This document shows, in pieces, positions 28,261 to 43,308 of a stretch of 64,000 nt of DNA. A program made the translations under genes and the position numbers. Source of the stretch: Pseudomonadota bacterium (lineage in GTDB: Bacteria; Pseudomonadota; Alphaproteobacteria; SHVP01); NCBI GenBank assembly GCA_022566715.1, contig JADFIH010000001.1, positions 2,420-66,419 on the forward strand. Direction: 5' to 3'. A model generated the notes under the pieces. The model did no database searches and was not told where the DNA came from. It saw only the letters and a program-made list of their open reading frames with translations. Position 1 is the stretch's first letter; the number at the start of each line of letters is the position of its first letter.

Positions 28261-29115
28261 ATGACCGGCGACCCACGTATCCACGGCAAGGACTCGATCC
28301 TGACACGCGCCTCCTTCGCGCCCGTGTCGCTCCGGCGCATCGGCGCCATGGTCTTGCGCTACGGCTATCTCCTGCGGGGGTCGTGGCCGCGCATCATCGA
28401 GCTCGCCTATTGGCCGACCATGCAAGTCATCATGTGGGGGTTCCTGACACAGTTCCTGGCCCAGAATTCGAGCTACTTCGTTCAGGCGTTCGGCGTCCTG
28501 CTCTCGGCGGTCCTGTTGTGGGATGTCCTGTTCCGCGGCCAGCTTGGCGTGTCTATTTCCTTTCTCGAGGAAATGTGGTCGCGAAACCTCGGGCACCTGT
28601 TCGTCAGCCCCTTGCGGCCCTACGAGCTTCCGATCGCGCTGATAACCATCAGCTTCATCCGCACCATCATCGGCGTCGTGCCGGCAACCTTTCTGGCGAT
28701 TGCGTTTTTCGACTTTTCGATCTACTCCCTGGGCTTTGCGCTGATCGGATTCTTTACCAACCTGATCATCATGGGCTGGGCCATCGGCCTGATCATGGCG
28801 GGCGTCGTGCTGCGCTTCGGGCTGGGGGCGGAAAGTCTGGCTTGGGTCGCGATCTTCGCACTTGCGCCCATTAGCGGCATTTATTATCCGCTCGACGTGC
28901 TGCCGGCTTGGATCCAGCCGGTCGCCCAGGCCTTGCCGGCGAGCCACGTGTTCGAGGGTATGCGTTCGATCCTTGTCGACAACACCTACCGGAGCGATCT
29001 CATGCTCAAGGCGGCCCTGCTCAACGTGGTGTATATCGCGGTCGGCTTTGCCGCCTTTTCCGCCTTTTTCCGCGCCGCCCGAATTCGCGGCCTGCTGCTT
29101 AATTTGGGTGAGTAG
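28261..29115 (+). CDS. ABC-2 family transporter permease
   Basis: Start MTGDPRIHG. Six predicted TM helices. Follows the ATPase gene by 11 nt. Confidence 0.75.
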   Translation: MTGDPRIHGKDSILTRASFAPVSLRRIGAMVLRYGYLLRGSWPRIIELAYWPTMQVIMWGFLTQFLAQNSSYFVQAFGVLLSAVLLWDVLFRGQLGVSISFLEEMWSRNLGHLFVSPLRPYELPIALITISFIRTIIGVVPATFLAIAFFDFSIYSLGFALIGFFTNLIIMGWAIGLIMAGVVLRFGLGAESLAWVAIFALAPISGIYYPLDVLPAWIQPVAQALPASHVFEGMRSILVDNTYRSDLMLKAALLNVVYIAVGFAAFSAFFRAARIRGLLLNLGE

Positions 29116-29252
29116 CCCATTCGGGTGAGTGGGAGAGCCGGCGATTCCGGTAACAAAATTGCCCGGCGCTTGCGTCATGGGTTGGCCGGTTTAGACTGAA
29201 CGCCAGACCCTGACCCCAAAACCCTAAACCACAACGACAATGGAGGTTCGCC

Positions 29253-29975
29253 ATGCGCGCCCTTTCGCTTCGGCTCCGGCTTCGATTTCGGCTGGGGGCC
29301 CTGCTCCCCGCACTTATGATCCTGTCCGGGATCGGGCTCGTGCTTTCGCCCGGCGCCGTGGCCGGCCAGGCGGAGGACGCACAGCGTTTGGTCGATAAGG
29401 CCCGGATTACGGTGGACGCCTTCCGCGACGACCCGAACATGGCCGCGCTGCGCGCGCTCGCCAAGGACGCAAAAGCGCTGTTTATCGTGCCCCAACTCAT
29501 TAAGGGCGGCTTCATCTTCGCGGGCGAAGGCGGCACCGGCGTGCTCTTGACCCGCGAAGGCGGCTGGAGCGCGCCTGCCTTTTACACCATGGCGGCGGGC
29601 AGCATCGGTTTTCAGATCGGCGGACAGACGTCGGAGGTGGTGCTTGTGCTCATGACCGACCGGGCCCTCGATGCCGTTCTGCAAAACAAAGTCAAACTCG
29701 GCGCCGACGTGGGCGTCGCTGCGGGGCCTCTCGGTGGCGGCGTGGAGACCGCCATCGCCACCAACCTGCGCGCCGACATCTATACCTACGCAAAAAGCAA
29801 GGGCCTGTTTGCCGGCATTTCCTTCGAGGGCGCCGTTATCACCGAGCGCGGCAAGCTGAATCGGGCTTACTACGGGCGGCGGGTTTCGCCGGAAGACATT
29901 GTCATAAGAAGAACCGTCGACAATCCCAACGCCAACCGCCTGCGGACTTCGCTGGATGGCCTTATCGCCCGCTAG
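29253..29975 (+). CDS. YSC84/SYLF (DUF500) lipid-binding domain protein, secreted
   Basis: Signal peptide followed by a Gly-rich SYLF fold (GGFIFAGEGGTGVLL, GADVGVAAGPLGGGVE). Confidence 0.65.
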   Translation: MRALSLRLRLRFRLGALLPALMILSGIGLVLSPGAVAGQAEDAQRLVDKARITVDAFRDDPNMAALRALAKDAKALFIVPQLIKGGFIFAGEGGTGVLLTREGGWSAPAFYTMAAGSIGFQIGGQTSEVVLVLMTDRALDAVLQNKVKLGADVGVAAGPLGGGVETAIATNLRADIYTYAKSKGLFAGISFEGAVITERGKLNRAYYGRRVSPEDIVIRRTVDNPNANRLRTSLDGLIAR

Positions 29976-30114
29976 AAAGTTGCGCCGGCGCAAAATGCCG
30001 CGCGGCAATGGGACGCAGAGACATGGAGGGCCAAACGCACTAACTGTCCGCCTGTGGGGGTGTGGAGCGACGGGCCTTCGTGGCGACCGCCGAAGCCCTA
30101 CAATGGAGGGACAA

Positions 30115-30889
30115 TATGCTCGATTCTGTTGCAATAATTGACCGCATGGTACGTCGTTCGCGTTCGGTTTTGGTCGTGCTGGCAACCGCACTTATCTTCC
30201 TCGGTGGCACCGCCGTCGTCGATTCGAAACGGGCATCGGCCGACGAGGCGGTAAGTTCGGAAGCGGGTCGGATCGCTCGCGGCGCGCGACTCTACGACAA
30301 GTGGTTCGCCGTCATCGGCGCCGAGAAACCGAAGGAAACCCATTCAGCTTGGCCCGCCTCCAATACCAATAAGAAAGGCAACACCACCTGGCGCTGCAAG
30401 TCCTGTCACGGCTGGGACAATTTGGGTGCGGACGGTGCCTATTCCAGCGGTTCCTACAAGACCGGAATAACGGGTGTTCGCGGGTCGGCCGGGGCCGATC
30501 CAACCGAAATCATCGCCGTCATGAGGGACGGGACCCACGGTCTTGGGGACCTCATGGACGACCGGGACCTTGAAGACTTGGCGCTGTTCATTAGCAAAGG
30601 GCAGGTCGATATGGAGCGCTACATCGACCGCGCCACCAATGCCCCGAAGGGCGACAAGGTCAAGGGTCAGGCTTTCTTCGAGACCTTGTGCGTCGCTTGC
30701 CACGGCACCCAGGGCACGAAGATCAAGGACATGAAAGCATTGGGGGGGCTGATGAAGAATCCCTGGGAGATCATGCACAAGATCACCTTCGGCCAGCCCG
30801 ATGAGGAGATGCCCGCGCTGTACATGTTCGACCGCCAGGTTCCGGCGGATATCATGGCCTATCTGGCAACCCTGCCGAAAGAGAAATAA
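30115..30889 (+). CDS. diheme c-type cytochrome
   Basis: Signal anchor. Two CxxCH motifs (CKSCHG, CVACHG). RBS GGAGGG upstream. Confidence 0.75.
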
Positions 30890-30935
30890 CGGCAGGCTCG
30901 GGGCCCCCACAGGTAAGGGAAAACTTCATAGCGCC

Positions 30936-31508
30936 ATGATCGGTAAACTGTGGTCCTGGTTCTGGGGGCCAACCACCAGATATGGCTGGGGTGCGATTTT
31001 CATTGTCGGCGGTGCCGCGGGCGTAATCTTCTGGGGCGGTTTCAACACGTTCATGGAATATACCAACACGCTTGGGTTCTGTATCGGGTGCCACGAGATG
31101 CGCGATACCGTGTTTCCGGAATACAAGAAGACGGTCCATTTCACCAACCGGACGGGCGTGCGCGTCATCTGCTCCGACTGCCATGTGCCCAAGGACTGGA
31201 CCCCTAAGCTGCTGCGCAAGATCAGGGCGACCAACGAGCTCTATCACAAGGTCGTCGGCACCATTAATACGCCGGAGAAGTTCGAAGCCAAACGTCTGGA
31301 GATGGCGGAGAAGGTTTGGGCCTCCATGGAGGCCTCGGATTCGCGCGAATGCCGCAACTGCCATTCCTTCGAGGCCATGGATTTTTCGAAGCAAGCGCGA
31401 CGCCCGCGGGAAAAACATCCCGCCGCCGCGCAGGCGGGCAAGACCTGCATCAATTGCCACAAGGGAGTCGCGCACAAGCTGCCCGAGGATTACGAAGACG
31501 ACGACTGA
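30936..31508 (+). CDS. NapC/NirT-family tetraheme cytochrome c (CymA-like quinol dehydrogenase)
   Basis: N-terminal TM anchor and four CxxCH motifs (CIGCH, CSDCH, CRNCH, CINCH). Confidence 0.8.
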   Translation: MIGKLWSWFWGPTTRYGWGAIFIVGGAAGVIFWGGFNTFMEYTNTLGFCIGCHEMRDTVFPEYKKTVHFTNRTGVRVICSDCHVPKDWTPKLLRKIRATNELYHKVVGTINTPEKFEAKRLEMAEKVWASMEASDSRECRNCHSFEAMDFSKQARRPREKHPAAAQAGKTCINCHKGVAHKLPEDYEDDD

Positions 31509-31697
31509 ACGTCGCTGCCTGCCGGTTAGCCCGATGTGGCGCGCGGCGGAACCGGGTCAATGCGACAGGCCGCGGCCCGGCCGTTAACCCCTACGAAGCC
31601 ACGATAGTAGACCCCATATCCATGGCGAACCCACTGCATATCCGGGTTCCGAGTTGTACTCCGCGCCAGTCCGGCGGCCGATACTCAGAATCTGGCA

Positions 31698-32108
31698 TCA
31701 ACCGGCATATTCCCGGAGCTTCAAAAGAAAGTCTCTGAAATCGTTATCGTGTTCCAGCGCATGTCTTAGAGACCTTTCAAGGTACTTCCCTAAGTCGTCT
31801 GAAATATTACGAAGTTTTTCGACAACAACAAGTCTAATAACACTACTCAAAACCTTTGCCATGGCACTATGTTGATCCTTGTGACTAACAAGGCTCGGAT
31901 AATTACAACGCTCCATCACTTCCTCTTCGTGGCGGAAATGGATTTGCTCGGATGATTGTAGGTGCAATAGTTCGCGCCTTATGATGGGCAGGTCTTGCGA
32001 AGCTATTGCAGATGTTATCCGATCCACGGATTCAGAAAGTAGCTGATGTTCCGTGCTCATAAGCTCCAAGACATCGTCAAGGATCTCAGCGGGAAGTCTC
32101 GAAGCCAT
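31698..32108 (-). CDS. bacteriohemerythrin-like protein
   Basis: His/Glu/Asp ligand pattern (HFRHEEEVM, HKDQH, HDNDF). Gene GC is about 45%, against about 65% elsewhere. Confidence 0.65.
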   Translation of the reverse strand: MASRLPAEILDDVLELMSTEHQLLSESVDRITSAIASQDLPIIRRELLHLQSSEQIHFRHEEEVMERCNYPSLVSHKDQHSAMAKVLSSVIRLVVVEKLRNISDDLGKYLERSLRHALEHDNDFRDFLLKLREYAG

Positions 32109-32241
32109 CGCGTATCTTGCGGCGAGTAGGTGCGTTTTGGGGCACACGGGTGACCCCGAACGGTACCGTATCCTCCACTAGATTCCTAACAGCGCGACCT
32201 GGTGCGCAGGCTCCGCCGGTTTTTTTGCCGGCGTGACGAGC

Positions 32242-33294
32242 CTAGATGAGCGATGAGCCGATCACGATGAGCAGCAGGAGAACGACGTTCAGAACGCAAC
32301 CGACCGCGTAGAGGAAAAGACCGCGGTGAACGTCGAGCGCGGTTGCCCGCGCCCGCCCGCCCTTGGGGCCGATCCAACGCCAGGTGCGCTCCGGCCCCTC
32401 GGCGGCAAGGGGCGGCCCCGACAGCGAAAGATCGAGAGCACCCGCCGCCGCCGCGATGGGCCAGGCGATACCGCGTGACGCCGACCCGCGGCCCGAGTCC
32501 GACATGGCCGCCAGGGCGCGCAGGGGCCTGGCGCCGGCAACGAAGAGCGCGGCCAGGGACAACAGCAATGCCGCCAGACGCGCCGGCAGGAACGTCACGG
32601 CTTCGTTGAGGCGCGTCGCCGCGAAACCGAACTGTTCGCGCCGCGGCAGCGCGTCGTCCAACACCTCGCCGCACACATTGATGATCCGGTAGAGGATGAT
32701 GCCGGGCAGTCCCAAGAGGACGAACCAGAAGGACTCCGCGATCAAGCCCTCGCTGAAGCGCCCCGCAAGGTGTTCGACCGCGCCGCGCGCCACCGCGTGC
32801 GGATCCCGCGAAAACCCCTTCGACAATTTGCGCGCCGTCAGGACGGGAGAGCGAACCTCGAGCTCCTTTCCGCCGGGTCCGCGTTTTCCCGCCGCCCGGC
32901 GCGCCGCCTCGCGCGCAGCGCCGAACGGCCGGTTCTGGGTGATGAATGCGAGCAGGACGGCGAGCGCAATGATCCAGCCAAACGGCAGCGTGGCGGCCGC
33001 GAAAGACACCGCCGCCGCCAGGCCGCCGCCAACGGCCAAGAGAACCAGAACCAGAATCAGTCCCCGGATGAGACGCGTCGCCGGGCTGCGCATGTCGCGG
33101 TTGAGGCGCCGCTCCAGCCAGAACGTAAAGGCGGTGATGAACCTATCGGGGTGCGGCAGGGGCAGGCGGCGCAACAGGGAGCCGAGCACGGCGTCGAGGG
33201 CCACCGCAAACAAGAAGATAAATATCGGATCGGGCCCCGGCGCCCATGCCGCCAGGCTGAAATCGAGGTCCAAATCCATCAGGCGGTCGAACAT
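32242..33294 (-). CDS. CobD/CbiB-family membrane protein (adenosylcobinamide-phosphate synthase-like)
   Basis: Polytopic membrane protein with CobD-like N-terminus (LDAVLGSLLRRLPLPHPDRFI). Start MFDRLMDL at 33294. Confidence 0.6.
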   Translation of the reverse strand: MFDRLMDLDLDFSLAAWAPGPDPIFIFLFAVALDAVLGSLLRRLPLPHPDRFITAFTFWLERRLNRDMRSPATRLIRGLILVLVLLAVGGGLAAAVSFAAATLPFGWIIALAVLLAFITQNRPFGAAREAARRAAGKRGPGGKELEVRSPVLTARKLSKGFSRDPHAVARGAVEHLAGRFSEGLIAESFWFVLLGLPGIILYRIINVCGEVLDDALPRREQFGFAATRLNEAVTFLPARLAALLLSLAALFVAGARPLRALAAMSDSGRGSASRGIAWPIAAAAGALDLSLSGPPLAAEGPERTWRWIGPKGGRARATALDVHRGLFLYAVGCVLNVVLLLLIVIGSSLI

Positions 33295-33413
33295 TTTGGT
33301 ATCCCGCCCACACGGGTCCGGCGCTCCGCATGGAAGCCCCCAGGAAGGCACCTGGGGAGGCGCCTGAGAGTTTCGCTCCCAGAGGTAAACCGGAGGTGTA
33401 CCGCGCGGCGCCC

Positions 33414-33564
33414 AGAGCAATATCCGATATGATAGAACCAGCTTGGTTCAATCATATCGGATAGAATTGCTCGTCTCTTCAAGATGTTAGAGCAGCTTTA
33501 TCCGTTCGGTAATCGCCACAAGAGATCTCAATGGGGCGATTCCAAGTGAACGGATGCTGCTTTA
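33414..33564. repeat. structured palindromic repeat element, copy 1 (MITE/REP-like or sRNA candidate)
   Basis: A 60-bp near-perfect palindrome (AGAGCAATATCCGATATGATAGAACC / GGTTCAATCATATCGGATAGAATTGCTC) plus a second hairpin (AGCAGCTTTATCCGTTC ... GAACGGATGCTGCT). A reverse-complement copy sits at 56047-56178. Confidence 0.6.
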
Positions 33565-33606
33565 GGGGGTGCTATGACTTATGGCCCAGGGTGGATTTTG
33601 CTTTAG

Positions 33607-33924
33607 GTGGGGAGACGGACCGTGGCGAACCCGAACGATGAGCTCCCGGCCCTTCCAGGCACCGGAAGGGCGGGCTGGCCCACCTACGTTTCCATAGCGC
33701 TTGCCCTGGTGGCGGTGGCCGCGGCATTGCGTGATCCGGATATTCTGGGGAGCAAGGGAACCATTCTCGATCGTCTGTTCGGCGCCCTTCTCGTGGTGGG
33801 TGCGATCGGCAATGCCTTGATCGGATTTCACTGGCGCGTCAGCCGTCCTCTTCGCCTGATCGCCAACCCGGCCTTCGCCTGGCCCGCCGTCGTCGCGGGT
33901 GTCGCCTATGGCATTCTGGCCTAG
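33607..33924 (+). CDS. small hypothetical membrane protein
   Basis: 105 aa with two hydrophobic helices. Codon usage is consistent with the genome but there is no recognisable family. Confidence 0.3.
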   Translation: MGRRTVANPNDELPALPGTGRAGWPTYVSIALALVAVAAALRDPDILGSKGTILDRLFGALLVVGAIGNALIGFHWRVSRPLRLIANPAFAWPAVVAGVAYGILA

Positions 33925-34011
33925 TGGTACGGGCCGTGACTCGCAAACTTGTTCGTTGCCGGATCGGGCCGGCGGTGATGAAATGCGGCCGCCAGACGAC
34001 CGGACGGAAAG

Positions 34012-34491
34012 GTGTCGATCCCCGCAATGCCGCAAAATAAAATTTCCCCGGATAGCGGGACCGCGCCGTTTTGGAAATCGAAATCCCTTGGCGAAATGAC
34101 TCGTCAAGAGTGGGAGTCCCTGTGCGACGGCTGCGGCCGTTGCTGTCTCCTCAAACTCGAGGATGTGGACTCCGGGCACATAGACTTTACCAACGTCGCC
34201 TGCCGGTTGCTCGACCTGGGGACCTGCCGGTGCACGCGCTACGGCGAACGCAAACGCTTCGTGCCGGATTGCGTCGTCCTCACGCCCGGCACTGTCGAGC
34301 AGATTTCCTGGATGCCGGCGACCTGCGCCTATCGGTTGATCGCCGAGGGCCGCGAACTCTATTGGTGGCATCCCCTGGTTTCGGGCAACACCGAAACCGT
34401 GCACAGCGCGGGCGTGTCGGTGCGCGGCCGCGCCATCAGCGAAAAACGAGCCGGCGATCTCGAGGATCATGTCGTCGAGTGGCCGGATTGA
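34012..34491 (+). CDS. YcgN/UPF0260-family Fe-S/zinc cysteine-cluster protein
   Basis: [11 protein letters not shown] ... CRCTRYGER cysteine cluster characteristic of UPF0260. Confidence 0.6.
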   Translation: MSIPAMPQNKISPDSGTAPFWKSKSLGEMTRQEWESLCDGCGRCCLLKLEDVDSGHIDFTNVACRLLDLGTCRCTRYGERKRFVPDCVVLTPGTVEQISWMPATCAYRLIAEGRELYWWHPLVSGNTETVHSAGVSVRGRAISEKRAGDLEDHVVEWPD

Positions 34492-34730
34492 GCCGGTCCG
34501 GGCGGACGGGATCTTCGTGTCACATGAGAGCGGAGAGCCCTGCAGGCTTGAAAAAGCTTGAGTTTATTTTCACGGACGTTAGTTTGTGACGCGCATGGGC
34601 CTACATGTTTTCCGCGCCTGGCCTTCAACCGGACCGCTCGACCGGCCCGGACCCATCCTTGCCCAACAACACCCCCCGAGACGCACGCGACCGGCCTTAG
34701 AGCCGAGTCGTTCATGACGGCCACAGCCCC

Positions 34731-35435
34731 TTGAACAAAGTCACGAAGTTCGAAACGGTGAATTTGCACGGGCGCGACGTGACCTTGCGCCTGTGCTTCA
34801 ACCGGAGGGCGCGGCACATCAGCCTGCGGGTGGACGAAAAATGGGGCGGCGTAGACCTGATCCTGCCGGGCCGCAACTCCCGAACCGAGGGACTGGAATT
34901 CGCGCACGAGAAATCCCTATGGATCCTGCGCCAGCTCGATGCGCTGCCGGCCCGCGTGCCTTTCGTCGATGGCGCCGTGATTCCCATTCTCGGAACGGAT
35001 CACGTTGTGCGTCACCGGCCCGGCGCGCGCGGCTTCGTTTGGCTGAGCGGCAATGAAATTCACGTCGCGGGGGCGGAGCCCCACATGCCGCGCCGCGTGA
35101 CCGACTGGTTGAAGAAATACGCCCGCGAGGAGATTCGCAAGCGCGCCGACCTTGGCGCACGGTCCGTCGGCCGGAAGATTTCGCGTCTTTCGGTGCGCGA
35201 CACGCGCTCGCGCTGGGGCAGTTGTTCGGAGGACGGGCACCTGTCGTTTTCGTGGCGCCTGATTCTGGCGCCCGAGACGGTGCTCGACTATGTTGTCGCC
35301 CACGAAGTCGCCCACCTGGCCGAGTTGAACCACGGCGGCCGGTTTTGGAAGCTCGTCGACCAGCTGTGTCCGGGCAACAAGGTGCCGCGCTATTGGTTGA
35401 AGCGCCACGGCGCCACCCTGCACCGTTACGGCTGA
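34731..35435 (+). CDS. YgjP-like (DUF45 / M48-like) zinc metallopeptidase
   Basis: HEVAHL zinc-binding HExxH motif near the C-terminus and typical YgjP length. Confidence 0.7.
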   Translation: MNKVTKFETVNLHGRDVTLRLCFNRRARHISLRVDEKWGGVDLILPGRNSRTEGLEFAHEKSLWILRQLDALPARVPFVDGAVIPILGTDHVVRHRPGARGFVWLSGNEIHVAGAEPHMPRRVTDWLKKYAREEIRKRADLGARSVGRKISRLSVRDTRSRWGSCSEDGHLSFSWRLILAPETVLDYVVAHEVAHLAELNHGGRFWKLVDQLCPGNKVPRYWLKRHGATLHRYG

Positions 35436-35559
35436 GTTCCCCCTCGCCTGCCGTCTTGACCACGGGGGAGCCGGCTGCGGATCAGGTCCCAAAAATGCCA
35501 CAGGGCGCTGATTTGTCACTTGAGTCCGGCGCCCTTATAGTTGCGCCCGCCGATCCACG

Positions 35560-40475
<4,916 letters not shown>

Positions 40476-40478
40476 GCG

Positions 40479-41597
40479 TTAAACCCGCATAGGCATAAGG
40501 ACATAGAGGGCACGCTCATCACTAAGGTCGCTCACGATGGTCGGAGAGACCGAGTCCGCGAGCGCGAGCCGCGACACCTCTCCATCTATTTGTCCAGTGA
40601 TATCAAGGAGATACTTGGAGTTAAACCCGATCTCCATGGGTTCTCCCGGATAGGCGACCGACAATTCCTCGGTCGCGCTGCCGCTATCGGGGCTGGTGAC
40701 GGACAGCAGCAGCTTGTCTTTTTCGAGCGTTAGTTTCACCGACCGCGACTTTTCCGTGGAGATCGTCGAGACCCGGTCCACGGCGTCGGCGAATTGCTGC
40801 TTGTCGACATCGAGCATCTTGTCGTTCCCGACGGGGATGACGCGCTCATAATCCGGGAAGGTGCCGTCGATCAGCTTTGTCGTCAGAACCGTACTACCGA
40901 AGACGAACCGTATTTTGGTGTCCGACAGTGCGATTTCGATGTCGTCGTCACGGCCCTCGATCAGGCGCCGCATCTCGGTCACGGCCTTGCGCGGAAAAAT
41001 AATCCCAGGCATTCCCGCCGCGCCTTCCGGCAGCGGCGTTTCGACCTGCGCCAACCGGTGGCCGTCCGTCGCCACGGCGCGCAACATGGCGACGCCGCCG
41101 CTTTCCGCCGCGTGGAGGTAGATTCCGTTCAGGTAATAGCGCGTCTCCTCCGTCGAGATCGCGAAGCGCGTCTTGTCGATCAGGCGGCGAAGCGCCTCGG
41201 CGGACAGGGTGAAGGCGTGCGGTAATTCGCCCTCGCTCATGACCGGGAAATCCTCACGCGGCAGGCAAGGCAGCGTGAACACCGAACGGCCCGCGACCAG
41301 CGACAAACGGCCGCCCCCCTCGTCAAGCGAAAGCTCGACCTGGGCGCCCTCCGGCAGCTTACGCACGATGTCGTACAAGGTGTGGGCCGGGGTCGTCGTC
41401 GCACCGCCCTGCTTCATGTCCACCGGGACAGCCTCGACGATCGCGAGATCTAGATCCGTCGCCGTCAGGCTGAGCCGGCCGTCCTCGACCGACAATAGAA
41501 CGTTGGACAGAATCGGGATCGTGTTGCGGCGCTCGACAACATTTTGGACATGGCCAAGCGCGGACAATAGGGCCGCGCGTTCAATGGTTATCTTCAT
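40479..41597 (-). CDS. dnaN: DNA polymerase III beta sliding clamp
   Basis: Start MKITIERAALL. Three-domain clamp of about 372 aa. Confidence 0.9.
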   Translation of the reverse strand: MKITIERAALLSALGHVQNVVERRNTIPILSNVLLSVEDGRLSLTATDLDLAIVEAVPVDMKQGGATTTPAHTLYDIVRKLPEGAQVELSLDEGGGRLSLVAGRSVFTLPCLPREDFPVMSEGELPHAFTLSAEALRRLIDKTRFAISTEETRYYLNGIYLHAAESGGVAMLRAVATDGHRLAQVETPLPEGAAGMPGIIFPRKAVTEMRRLIEGRDDDIEIALSDTKIRFVFGSTVLTTKLIDGTFPDYERVIPVGNDKMLDVDKQQFADAVDRVSTISTEKSRSVKLTLEKDKLLLSVTSPDSGSATEELSVAYPGEPMEIGFNSKYLLDITGQIDGEVSRLALADSVSPTIVSDLSDERALYVLMPMRV

Positions 41598-41906
41598 CGC
41601 GTCTCTGAATGCTTTTGTTTGGGCGGACCCGGTGGGCCTGTCCTGGATTTCGGTTTCGTCCACGTTGATTCTGCCTCCTGCCCGGCTACGAATCCGGGCC
41701 CTGACGACAAGCCTCCAATTCAGGGTTTGGCGGGGCCTTACCGACCCCCGGACGCCTCAAGTTTTGCCCCAAAGGGGCGGGACACGGGGCCACCGCCCTG
41801 GTTGGCGATTATACCACAGGGACCGCGCCGAGGCCAGGACTCGACGCCCCGCGGGACGCCGCCGGTTGGCGCGCAAAGCACTGAAATCAAGCCGTATTTT
41901 TGGCGC

Positions 41907-43307
41907 CTAGGTCTCGAGCATGCGGCGCAGAAGATCGACGTCCTCGGCCAGATTGCTATCGCTCTCGCGCAACTCGTTGATCCGCTTGACGGCATGCATG
42001 ACCGTGGTGTGGTCGCGCCCGCCGAACTTGCGGCCAATCTCGGGCAAGGACCGCGAGGTCAACTGCTTGGCCAGGAACATCGCCACCTGGCGTGGCCGGG
42101 CCACGGCCCGCGCCCGGCGCGCGGAATGCATCTCCGAGATACGGATGTTGTAGTGCTCGGCCACCCGTTTCTGGATGTCCTCGATGGTGATGCGGCGGTC
42201 GTTGGACCGCAGGAGGTCACGCAACACCTCTTGGGTAGTGTCGATCGTGATGGCCTGCCCCACCAGATTGGAATAGGCCAGCACGCGGTTCAGGGCGCCT
42301 TCCAGTTCGCGCACGTTCGAGGTTATGCGGTGCGCCAGAAATTCCAGCACCTGAAGCGGTACGTTCTTGGCGTCGAGGTGCTGGACCTTCGACTGCAGAA
42401 TGCCGACGCGCAGCTCGTAGTCGGTCGAATGGATATCGGCCACGAGCCCCCAGCCGAGCCGCGAGCGCATGCGTTCCTCCATCCCATCGAGGTTCGAGGG
42501 CGAGCGGTCGCCGGAAATAATGATCTGCCGGTTCTGATCCACCAACGCATTGAATGTATGGAAGAATTCTTCTTGGGTGGATTCCTTGCCGCTAATGAAC
42601 TGCACGTCGTCGATCATCAGCACGTCGACCGAACGGAACAGTTGTTTGAACTGCATCACGTCCTTGAACCGCAGCGCGCGGATGAACTGGTACATGAACT
42701 TTTCCGCCGACAGGTAGATCACCTTACGGTCGGGATCGCGTTCGCGGATGTGCCAGGCGATGGCGTGCATGAGATGGGTCTTGCCCAACCCAACACCGCC
42801 GTAGAGGAAGAGAGGATTAAAGGGCACGGTCGGAGATTCGGCGGCGCGCCGCGAGGCCGCATACGCGAGTTCGTTGGTTTTGCCAACGACGAAATTTTCG
42901 AAAGTGAAGCGCGGGTCGAGTGGTGCGCCCGGGTCGGACAACGCGGACATCGGTCCGGCCGGCGTCGGGCGCCCGGCCTCAGCCCCTTTCGCCGCCTCCG
43001 GCGCAGGTTCGGACACCCGAGGTCCCGCGGGACGAACGTGAATCTCGGCCGCCGCGGTCGTATCGAACTCGTCGTTCCACAACGATCTTATCTTTTCCGC
43101 GTAGTGGGAAATCACCCAATCGCGCATGAACCGGGTCGGCAGGGTCATCATCATCCGGCCATCCCGCCCACGGGTCAGGTCGAGCTGGCGCAACCAACTG
43201 TTGAATGCGGCGTCACCTACCTCAGCTTTAAGTCGCCCCCTCAGGCGTTGCCAACTCTGGGAATCCTCGGGCGAAAGCCCCTGAGACGATGACACCGGCC
43301 CCACCAT
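41907..43307 (-). CDS. dnaA: chromosomal replication initiator protein DnaA
   Basis: AAA+ Walker A GGVGLGKTHL, Walker B LMIDDVQF, C-terminal DNA-binding domain (VARPRQVAMFLAKQLTSRSLPEIG). Confidence 0.95.
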   Translation of the reverse strand: MVGPVSSSQGLSPEDSQSWQRLRGRLKAEVGDAAFNSWLRQLDLTRGRDGRMMMTLPTRFMRDWVISHYAEKIRSLWNDEFDTTAAAEIHVRPAGPRVSEPAPEAAKGAEAGRPTPAGPMSALSDPGAPLDPRFTFENFVVGKTNELAYAASRRAAESPTVPFNPLFLYGGVGLGKTHLMHAIAWHIRERDPDRKVIYLSAEKFMYQFIRALRFKDVMQFKQLFRSVDVLMIDDVQFISGKESTQEEFFHTFNALVDQNRQIIISGDRSPSNLDGMEERMRSRLGWGLVADIHSTDYELRVGILQSKVQHLDAKNVPLQVLEFLAHRITSNVRELEGALNRVLAYSNLVGQAITIDTTQEVLRDLLRSNDRRITIEDIQKRVAEHYNIRISEMHSARRARAVARPRQVAMFLAKQLTSRSLPEIGRKFGGRDHTTVMHAVKRINELRESDSNLAEDVDLLRRMLET

Positions 43308-43308
43308 A

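Noticed and set aside
31509-31697. GGCCGCGGCC palindrome and GC hairpins between the NapC-like and hemerythrin genes as a distinct regulatory element.
   Set aside because: It is consistent with an ordinary bidirectional terminator between convergent genes. There is no U-tract asymmetry or repetition to suggest more.
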